Shown here in pieces: positions 53,969 through 64,000 of a stretch of 64,000 nucleotides of DNA. The first letter of the stretch is position 1; each line of letters opens with the position of its first letter. The translations under genes were made by a program, and so were the position numbers. The notes below the pieces were generated by a model, which was not told the DNA's origin, searched no databases, and saw nothing but the letters and a program-made list of their open reading frames with translations. This DNA comes from Ruditapes philippinarum (taxonomy: Eukaryota): assembly GCF_026571515.1 (NCBI RefSeq), contig NW_026854124.1, positions 558,001 to 622,000 on the forward strand, in the 5' to 3' direction.

Positions 53969-56467
53969 ATAGCATTAAGATTTTATTGTTAAGTATCACT
54001 TTAATATTTGCAAATTCAGATGCACTTTTATTAGCATTAATTATGCGGAGTTGTATTTCAGGTGCTACTTGTACCTTTTTGTATAAATGAAATTCAAAAC
54101 TGGAGAACACAGAAAAAATTACCACCTTAACATAATGTCAAGTGACACTGCGTTCATTACCCTGCCAAAAATGCATATCGAATGAAACAATATACATATT
54201 GTGTAGCGAAAATATCTACAGTAAAATACCCGAAACAATACGATAACCAAAAAACTTTAAACAATAACACAATGTTATGTAACGTAAGCACGAACAGTTG
54301 AGCTCTAAAAATAACTGATAACATTTGCGTAAAGATAAATGCAAAGTGAATTAACCTTTTCAAAGCGGTGTTTAATACTTATATTTATATGTATCATAAT
54401 TTCAAAATATTTTTCCGGTATAAACGTCTTTGTCATTATTTAAGTAAAAGTTTAATTATGCAAAGTGACCAAAAATATATAACAAATACAACATTTTACT
54501 GTTTGAAATAGATCATAAGATAGTCAAAAGTTTGCTATTTTAAGGATACGTCATGCTGCTTAATTGCTTACATGTAACACGTTTAATATACATTTTTTAT
54601 CTTTCAAGCCTTTTTTTATAGCCGCGTTCCGTGTTTGTATACATATAAGTCCTCTGGACTTAACTGAAATAAACTGTTAAAATGTCATACAAGGCGGTAC
54701 TCATTTGCACCTATAATGTGATTTTTTTTTAAATACGGTCGACGGAACCCACGGGAACGTAACGAGGGCGCATGGATTACCGAGAATAAGAAAATCTTGC
54801 ATTTGTTATAAGCATTGAATTATGCTTTAAGCAAACATAATAATTGTTGATACATTTTTAGTTTCTTGTTAGACAACAACAGAATGTCCATATTGAAACA
54901 TTTGTGATTGTATGACATATCTTGTTAACTGTATTGTCGGAAAATGGACAAAGCTATTAAACATGTAATAGGCATAAAACAACCAAGTATAACTATGATT
55001 TTCTTGTCAAGACAAAGACAATCAGTTTTTCACTATTACAATTCGTATTTCTTTGACATCAATGTAGTAAGAACAATGGCTCCAACTCAATCTATTCTTA
55101 GAATAAAAATTGTTCCAAAACATTGAGAATATTACTGTAAGGACGCTACCAAATCTTTGTTACCTTTTATAAGTGTTTTAGCAAGAAAGCCATTTGCAAA
55201 GAGTTTAAGCAACCTTTGTCATATTTGCAAGGAACGTTACTTTATAGGTACTGTTTACAGCAAACGTTGTCAGGCCCTACACTTAACTTCCCTTAAGAAA
55301 CCTACGAATTTATGGTCTCCATTTTCTGTTGCAATGTTATCAAATAAATGGCTTATTTTGCACAGAAAAAAAGTGAGCAGAAAAACATTATCACTTCTCA
55401 ATGGTATATTTTTCTGTTGTGTTTTTTAACTTTTTGCAAGAGCAATTGACACAAGAGGGTACATGGGAAGATAAACCTGTCACAACCTTGATGTCCAAAA
55501 TGGATGGAAAATCATCTGGGACCTTATCATTTTATGAAATATAAATGTTCCAAAAGGGTGCATTATCCCTGCATACCAGCATATTATGAAACATTTGCTA
55601 TGTGATATGACCTCGGCGGAATTCTAATATCCCTATAGTAATATTTAATGAAATCATGTTTTTTGCAAAGTTGATTAACCCCCGATTTAATACTGACAAA
55701 TTTGTGTGGGTACTAATGATTAATGATGGGCTGAACTTAATTAAATGTGACATGAACGTGTCAATGGAATACCCGCCCATGTTTGGTATGATCCTTAAAT
55801 GCAATTTCATGTAAAAGCGAAGACTCAATTAAGATCGGATTTATTCGGGACATTCTACAGAATGCTCCATCAAAACCTGCTTAAATTGACAAACCTGTTT
55901 AAATTGACAAGTAAAAATGTTATTATATATTTTTAAAGTTATTGCAAACTGCGCATGCCGTAGAAATCGTCGGCAACTTCTGTTTGCTTTTTGTTTGTTT
56001 TCTTATGGGTTTTTTTTTCTTTGTTTTGTTTTGTGTTGTTGTTGTTGATGCTGTTCTTGTTGCTTCGGGAAGTTGGATTTGTTTGCTTGTTTGTAGTTTT
56101 TAGGTTTTTTGTTGTAGTTGTTTTCAAATACTTACGTTTTATTTGTCTGAACGATATTCTTACCATTACTAAACATTTAGGATTTGGATGATGGAAGTAT
56201 TTAAGTAATAATAATAATGCAATCAATGTAATATTTTATTTGTCAGAAATGAATCAAATATGAAATCAGTTAACTCTAATCGAGTGGGTTTTCTGAGATT
56301 AATCTGTGAGAAATACATAATATATTGATATTAATATCCAATCAAGATTTTAGATTTAAATTGACAATTTAATTTGTTAATATCTACTCAAGCACACATG
56401 CATCATTTAAATGATTTGTTAAACGTATTGTAATGCTAATAATTTGTTATGTTGGTGTTTGGAATGA

Positions 56468-56872
56468 TAAACGTTTTGTTATGCAGGCGTTCTTTAAAGT
56501 AATCGATTTATTACGTTAGCGTTCTGTAAAGCTATCGATGTTTAGTAATGTTAACGTTTTGTTACGTTAGCGTTCTGCAGGGTTAACATTTTGTTACGTT
56601 TGTGTTCTTGAAGGTTAACGTTTTGTTATTTGAGCGTTTAGTTATGTTCACGTTTTGATATGTGTAAGCGTTCTGTTAGGTTCACGTTTTGTTACGTTAG
56701 CGTTCTGTAAGGTTTACGTTTTGCTATGTTAATGTTTGGTAAAATTTAACCTTTTGTTATGATATAGTTTTTGTGGTGTAAACGTTTAGTAACGTAAACG
56801 TTTTGTTATGAGACCATTTTGTTTTATAAGCGTTTTGTTATATTAGTGTTTTGTTATATTAACGTTTTGTCA
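56468..56872. repeat. Degenerate ~31-bp (15/16-bp subunit) minisatellite
   Basis: Recurring AACGTTTTGTTACGTTAGCGTTCTG. Confidence 0.85.
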
Positions 56873-58591
56873 TGATACATGATGTAATGTTTGTGTTTTA
56901 TGTATATTAAGATATAATTGTCTTCAAACTACTTTTAAGTATAAACCCAGCTTTTAATACACCTCCTTATGTCATTCAACCGCTTACATGTTAGCTAATA
57001 AAAAAGAAAGAAAATGAAAGATGAGTAATTTTTTAATGTCTTGAAGTATTATCAATTATAGTTTTAATCATGAAGAAAAGTTGTTCCCTGTTATCTCTTA
57101 AAAGGTTTACCTTCCATTAACACTTATCTTTAGATTGCTTTCTTTCTTTTCTTTCATGGAAATTCAATGATTAGATGATTTTATGCCTTAACAATATTTA
57201 TTACTTCTTCACCGTTGTTCATTCTGTTTTAGGAAACATCTATGTTTCTAAAGTTGTATATATGCAAAAACAGTATATACGCAATTGGACAAGCAAACAA
57301 TGTAGATAACAGACAGGTTATCCTAAATTACCATGGTTTGTTTTCGAGCTTCCTAACGTCTGTTTGTCACACACGTGCAATGTAACATAATAAAACTACA
57401 GAAAATCTGGCAAAGTTAACAGGACCAGATTTTTAAAATAAAAGTTTGTTTTGGATGTATCTAGTGAAGGGATGAAACATTTTCAAGTTATATAAGTGTT
57501 ATATTGTGGGATTATCTAAAACGTGGTACTAAAGCAAAACAATATCATTATGCTTCCTTTTGAACTAAAGCGTTCAACAATTTAAAATTAATGTTATTTC
57601 AAGAAGTAACATATATGCCTTTCAATAAAGGCTTGGGTCATTATAACCCCTGGCAAATATCAGTGTACTTTTACAGCCACAAGCCGTATTCAAATCATCT
57701 TGAAAATGAAAGTGCAATGGAACAAAAAACAGAAGCATTGCTCGGCTTCCAATTCCTTGCAGAGATGGTTTTAGTCCCCATGTCACGTATGAAAATTGCC
57801 TTCCGAACTTTTATACGGAAATAGATCCAACAATTAAGCTGTGAGTTTATTGAGTATTCAAGAAACGTAAAGAAGCAAATCTCTGCAGAGACTCTGATTA
57901 AAATGCAAGCCTCTGGTGATACGCATGCCTGCTTTACATGTACATGCACGTTGTTCACAAAAATTCAAGAGTGAGAAAAAAAACTAGCTTTTCAAAACAG
58001 ACCCGTTTGTTTCTGAAATCAGACCCAAAGCCCTGACATCATATGTGAAAAAATGATAATTTCTCTCCATGCTGGAAGAGATCAAAGGCACCATACTGTT
58101 TGCCTTTTTGTGGGTTTCCGTTCATATGAAAGAAACACATTAAGATCGCTTACACAAGCGGAAAGAATGAATGAAAATGTTTATATGCACCTATGGTATT
58201 TTTTTTTTTAAAATGTTTGTTTTTTCTTCAGTTTGAAATATCAAATTGAACGACAAAAAGGTCAACGGTATTAATGAAAAAAAAGATACTGCAAAAAAAT
58301 AAATAAACAGTTTATGCCTGTTGACACGAAGATAATTTTTGTATGTTTAGATACAAGTGATAAATAAGTAATAAATGTCTAACCTTAATATACTTTTTAC
58401 TTTGTACATTGTACAACTTTTACATTGTAATTATTATTCTTTACCCTTAAGAAACCCCGTTCGAAATCACTTTTGAGTATATGTATACTTATTCAACATA
58501 TACATGTAGTTTATAAGGAATCACCCTAAAAATGCAACTATTTTCTTTCTCAGTGTGATTAGTCAGAAAATACCACACAGTCCACCTCTAC

Positions 58592-58849
58592 CCCTCCCTA
58601 ACACCGGCAAAAGCTGTATTCCAATAAAGAAAACAAATGGCGGATAATCTGTGCATACTTTACATAAAAATTATCCCCATCCCTCCCTAACACCGGCAGA
58701 AGCTGTATTCAAATATAGGAAACAAATGGCGGATAATTTGTGCATACTTTACATAAAAATTCTCCCCATCCCTCCCTAACACCGGCAGAAGCTGTATTCA
58801 AATATAGAAAACAAATGGCGGATAATTTGTGCATACTTTACATAAAAAT
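58592..58849. repeat. 89-bp tandem repeat, about 3 copies
   Basis: Units start at 58592, 58681 and 58770 (CCCTCCCTAACACCGGC...); copies 2 and 3 are nearly identical. Confidence 0.95.
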
Positions 58850-60504
58850 ACTTCATGATACATTGAAATTGTGAGTTACTTAGTATGAAGTCAAGGGAAA
58901 TCCTAGCCAATAAAAACAAATCGTCCTGCTGCAGTTAATCCCTCAAAGAGAGGGATTATATTGGATAAGAGATCATAGGAAACGAACCGGCGAATCATCT
59001 AAGACTAGGAAAGCTTCAATGAATTCCTCCAATTGAATAATCATAAATAAATCATTTATACTCGGTTCTGTATTTTTTAAAGAAAGCTTTGATGATGTGG
59101 CGAAACTCAAATGTCTTATTAAATGAAAGGTGTCTTTGTGATCTGAACGACTATGTATACTAGTTTGTGTTTATCTTCTTAAGTACTCTTTATAGACTTG
59201 TAATGTTTTGAATTTGTTACTGTCCGTTTTCCATTGAATGGTGTGGCTCTTGAGTGTGTTGGCAATTTGTGCAGATTTTGTATTTCTTTTAAATATTAAA
59301 TCATCTTTGCTTTTAGACAATTTATGATTTGATTGTGTTTTTTTTTTTTCTGATTAGTATTGCTCAAAAGGGCTTTTTGCAGTTGATAGAGATTTTGTAT
59401 TACATGTATTTCTTTGTTTGTGATTTAATTAATTTTTATATTTTTACACTCATTTGTTTTTAGTGTAATGAAATTTAATTGCCTGATTTCAAATACTGAA
59501 AATTAACAAATACACGGCATCTAACACTTACAGAAGTACAATGTAAATCAAGTGTTCATATTGATAATGAAATTGCAATGATGCAGTATTGATACGGATA
59601 AATGTTGGGTTGTTTTTACTTTAGAAAATGGATGTCATTACCATCACATTGTACATACATTGCTAGCTTATAAATACCTTCTTTTAATGAATAGAAAACG
59701 GATGAAACCGAATCTGTGTATGATTTGGAATGATAGAACGCAGTGAATAGACGTTAATTTGGCGTAGATATTCCAAACAGATCATATAAGTTACCGACCA
59801 TTAACTGATTAACGATCTTTGTTGATCCATATCCCAGGCAAGATTTCTCAAACCATATTTTCCTGAGAAGAAGCCATCACTACATGATAAGTTGCTTAGA
59901 TAATGTTCAGCTCGATTTGCTGGATATTTTATTTCATTTCGTCGTATTGGGTGTCCATTATGAACCGTTCTTGTAAAGCATCAACAGCTTTTTAGGATGG
60001 TTTTATTATTTTAAAATTGTTTTGAGCTCCCCTTTTCAAAGCACTGGCTTTATCAACAAATCGTATGATTTTTTTACTCTTTCTTTGGTTATCCTTGAAC
60101 AGTTGGTAAACATTTGTTCTGTTCCAATATATATGAAAGGTAATGTCAAATTGTCAAAAGGAAACAATTTGTTATGGAATAGTTTTATTTGTAAAGAAAA
60201 TGATATATAATTAAGAAACCTGTCCATTTATATTATGCATTAAATTGAAGATCAAGGATTTAAGGAATAAATGAATTTGTAATGAATTGGTAAAAAAATT
60301 TCTCGAGTGAAGTTTGTTTTGTATATTTCAAATTGCGGATACATGTAAAAAATATAGTCTTAGATCCATACCAAAAGTATGCTTGCAGAAAGTTTGTAGT
60401 TATATTCTTATTGGTAATCAGGAAGGGCACACTATAACAATCGACACGTTTGTGTGTTGTAACTTTATAAAAAAAATAGTGAAACACAGAATCCCAAACA
60501 CCAA

Positions 60505-60609
60505 AAAACGACCAAATTGAAAATGTTGCAGGTTCGGTTTTATTGAGCCTGTTCATGGACTGTACTGAAAAGTGCAAGTAACCGTCCACGCCCCCTAGCA
60601 CCGGCTTAA
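60505..60609 (+). repeat. Dispersed repeat family A, copy 3
   Basis: Same core, ending CACGCCCCCTAGCACCGGCTTAA; 60587-60606 is the exact reverse complement of 27966-27985. Confidence 0.85.
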
Positions 60610-61032
60610 GTAGAATTCAACATTTAAACATGGAACAAGACATGTATAATATATAAAGATATCGTTTTCAAAACTTATCTATAATTTTCAAAAAGAAACA
60701 TGCTCAAGTATAAATAAATGTATTAGAATAGCTGTTACACTTTCTTCTTGGCCGACTTTTTCATCTTTTCATCACCTGAAGTCAGATTTTCCGCAAGATA
60801 AGCAAATGACACAAGCGGGAAATTTTTAATCTTAAACATTGATTCTTATAGCACAGTAGGTATTGTTATTTGACAAAGCGATGTAACATACTTTTCCTTA
60901 TTCTTATTCGCCCTTTCATTATATTGATCTGATCTATATTTACATGTATAATCATATCATATTTCATACAATATGTACATATATACATATCCATATGTAT
61001 TTTGTCCAAGAATAGTGCAAAGTAAAGTAACA

Positions 61033-61166
61033 GAAGACCGGTGGTTCTTCTCATGTTCCTGTGGCGGAAATTAACCACAGGGATGGCACCTAAAGTCTGC
61101 CACCACATACCTAAAATTTGATATAAGACCCTTACACTGTCGACTGCAAAACTTTATTAACCAAAC
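61033..61166 (+). mobile_element. Old SINE core/tail fragment related to 25060-25277
   Basis: GGTGGTTCT...GGCACCT..GTCT.CC.CCAC...ATA.GACC..TGTCG pattern. Confidence 0.4.
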
Positions 61167-63168
61167 GTGGTGCTAAACGAGTATAAAACACTTAAAAACT
61201 TTTTTCAAGTCTATCCAATAGTCCCGATTTTGGGACCTTCAAAAAGTGTTGTAGTAATAACAGTATTTTTACATTATAATTGGCGTGTTTCCTGAAGTGA
61301 AAACATCTATTAAATTGTCAGAAGGAAAAGTAACACTGTGTTAAGGAAAAGTTACACACTCTTACAACCTTATAAGTGAAATGGTATAACTTTATGCATT
61401 TCTTACTGATTGGACCGTTGATTTCTTATTATATATCTTTGATATTGAGAACCATGGGTCAAAGTAAAAATAACAGCACATGTCAACAACAGTATAATTA
61501 TGTATATACATTATATACATGTATTAATCAGGTTCGTTTCAATGCCTGTACCGTTGAAGCCATTCATATGTATGTTTCATCTCAGGGTGTCTGTGTGATT
61601 ACAAATATCCAACATATAATTGTTATTTCGCTTTCGTTTTGAAGGAAAAGAAATACATTTAAATTAAGTTCCGGGTAGTGCTCCATAGTTTATGAATCAC
61701 CGTATATAAAGATATCAAGTCGGTCATGAAAGAGAGGCGGCAGAAACGGAAGGATGTGATATAGGCAGAAGTTTTTTAAGTCGTCTGCTTGAAATTCAGA
61801 CCAAAAACTTAGAAATTCTTGAAATAATTCAAATAACAAAATGTATACAAACCACTGAAAACACTTAGAACGCGTTGAAGTCTGGGGTACTTCCTACCGA
61901 ATATTCGTCCATTGCCAAAAGAAAAAGGAGGAAAATAGAAATACAGAAACAAACATTTTTCTACGAATATAAATCATTCGTCTGCGGAAAATGATGCAAA
62001 ACTTCGACAGACTTCAAAAACTGGGACATTTCTCATATTTTCATTTCTTTAGATTTATTGAATGCTTACTCTATGGGCCGTGACGTTAGATTCTAAGAAC
62101 ATGAAAGAAATTTAAGTGTTTTTCCAAGTCTGTTTTTCCTGTCAAAATCCATCAGCAAAATATAGTTCCAGAGCGCAAGAAAACCAGCTGTATCTGTAAC
62201 TAAATTAACGTCAGTTTCAAATGAAATCCCACAGGGACCTGTGTCCATCAAATCATACGTGAAAAGCGTGCAGATTCGCCGCTATTTCCCTTTGATATTC
62301 AACTATAACAAGCATCATCATACAAGTTTTTACTAGTGTCGTTATCACGTCAAAACTATGCACAGTCAATTTTAAAATGTAATTTATGAACTGTTATAAA
62401 ACATAAAACGCACACAGATGAAACGCCAAAGCTTAGATAAAAGGCCTGACATCCAACCTCTAGTTTTATATACCTCAATCAGACTCCTTTTTTCTGAGTG
62501 TGTGAAATCTGTTTAACTGTTTCTGTGCTTTTTTACTTTATTATCTGATCGGTTTGTATTTCATTATGCATTCTTAGTCTAAAAATAGAATATGACGTCA
62601 TTGCGATTGAAATTGTTCCTTTGCTTTTGCCTCTTTCCTGAAATAGTTTATCAAGTAAAATACGTTGTCAAAATGGATTTGTAAGTAAAATAAACGTTTC
62701 TTTAATAATTGGTAGATCAATAGTAAATAACAATGAATAAAAGACAATCAGACTATTATTTAATTAGCCCTAGATTTATTTTACAAACTTATAATTTGCT
62801 GAGTTTACTTTGTCTCATATTACATTTTACATACATACATACATACATGCATTCCTTAAATAAACATGTAACATAGTGCATTAAAATTAACTTTTTAATG
62901 GAAGTTGTTTTTAAAGCATTTTTGGTTTTTTGTTGATTTTGAAAATTTGTTTTTATTTTAATTATATTAAAATGATCACAAAAGAAAATCCTGATAATTA
63001 TGCCCACTCATTTCAGAATTGGCAGCTCTTATTGTAAAATAGTTAAAGAATCTTTTACAGTAGTAATCATCACTATAGTTATAACAAAGGCGGAGAAAAT
63101 AAATAAATAAATAATTAAATAAATAAATATCCTTATCCATTTAAAGTTTCAATGTGACATGTGGTGTT

Positions 63169-63262
63169 TTTGTTGTTGTCTGGTTGTTGTTGTTGTTGTT
63201 GTCATTTTTTGATTATTGTTGTTGTTTTGTTTAATTGTTGTTGGCTTTTGTTGTTGTTGTTG
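63169..63262. repeat. (GTT)n-rich low-complexity tract
   Basis: Direct reading; a similar T/G-rich tract lies at about 55980-56125. Confidence 0.85.
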
Positions 63263-64000
63263 TGTTTTGGGTTTTTTGTTTGACTTTTTCTTTTCTTTTA
63301 TTTTTTCTTTTACTGTTAAAGGACCAGATGTTCACCCTTGATAATATATTTCACAAAAAATATATATATTCTTTCTGGGAGAAAAAAAGCAAAAAACACG
63401 CATCTAACCAGGTGAATTTTTTTTTGGATAGAAACATATATCCTGGAAGTTTAAGAATCATTGTCAGTCGCTAATTGTTACAAGAATCTAAATATAAAAA
63501 AAGAGTCTTCCTCAAGTTTTCCCTGTAAAATGGCAGATGCTCGTTGCCGACAAGGTAGGGTGGTTAGGACATATGCGTGCTTTTAATTGAAATTAGACGC
63601 GTGATTCTTTCTTCATTTATAATTTATAATCAGTATTGCGTAAGAACTTGTAGTTTCCATTAGGTGAATGGCCGTACGGCGATGAATAATCGATAACGTG
63701 GATCGATTATAAATCACGTGCCTTATATCGATATGCTTCGCCGATAATTTTGTTTATTTTTCTAACATTGATGAATAAATATGAAAAAAATAATCGTTTA
63801 TAATTTCAATTAATTGGTAGTTAACAGAAAAAAATGTCAAATAATTTGATGAATTGGCTGAAATGATGTAAAACAAAATAATTGTTATAAATATTTTGAA
63901 TAAAATAAATAGTATGTATACATGTATATACATGTACAAAAATTATGTTAAGTGTGTTTCTATTTGTCAAACACTCTAAACTGTACAATGCACAATTTCT

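Larger units (their letters stand above)
45471..64000 (+). other. Hox3 intron between hexapeptide exon and homeobox exon (3' end outside window)
   Basis: Starts GTAAGG at 45471. No KRARTAY / LEKEFHFN / WFQNRR-encoding segment recognised downstream, and none appears in the ORF track. Confidence 0.75.

Noticed and set aside
55939-56226. Hydrophobic, membrane-like ORF and its Lys/Asn/Thr-rich antisense partner (also 63235-63474)
   Set aside because: Products of T/G low-complexity tracts.
57677-57840. Exon-like segment (TTTTACAG| ... |GTGAGT) within the Hox3 intron
   Set aside because: Stop codons in all three frames and no recognisable homology; more likely TE debris.
58900-60230. Possible reverse-transcriptase or endonuclease remnants
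   Set aside because: I could not recover any diagnostic motif (YADD, GIY-YIG, DDE); needs tBLASTx/RepeatMasker.
63517-63560. TTTTCCCTGTAAAATGGCAG hairpin, superficially miR-10-family-like
   Set aside because: Stem of only about 12 bp with a large internal loop; too short for a pre-miRNA.
1-64000. Intact miR-10, intact miR-993, any homeobox, tRNA/rRNA genes, CRISPR arrays, operons or defence systems
   Set aside because: No match seen by eye. The sequence is eukaryotic and the tandem repeats lack unique spacers. miR-10 is expected upstream of Hox4, outside this window.

Overview
AT-rich animal genomic DNA, not prokaryotic, with one 145-N assembly gap (30057-30201). The repeat families resemble those I recall from bivalve molluscs, possibly a venerid clam; that assignment is inference. 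The only convincing protein-coding sequence is the first coding exon of a paralog-group-3 Hox gene (Hox3) on the + strand, 44975/45020-45470. It shows the N-terminal MQK..YY motif, the hexapeptide IYPWMKESRQN, a Gln-rich linker and a phase-1 GT donor. I found no homeobox exon in the window, so the intron appears to be >18.5 kb. The ~45 kb upstream has no recognisable gene and is probably the Hox4-Hox3 interval. It contains CpG-rich candidate enhancers, candidate non-coding exons, SINE/MITE fragments and tandem repeats. Most interesting: (i) a compact CCAAT + Pbx/Hox + E-box module and a strong-context uORF just before the Hox3 start, with the Pbx/Hox + E-box pairing recurring four times; (ii) a degenerate miR-993-like hairpin where miR-993 would be expected, plus a second miR-10-family-like hairpin; (iii) a 97-bp fold-back element with a perfect 9-bp target-site duplication nested in a retroposon whose head may be a structured RNA. 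All motif and miRNA calls were made by eye and need computational confirmation.
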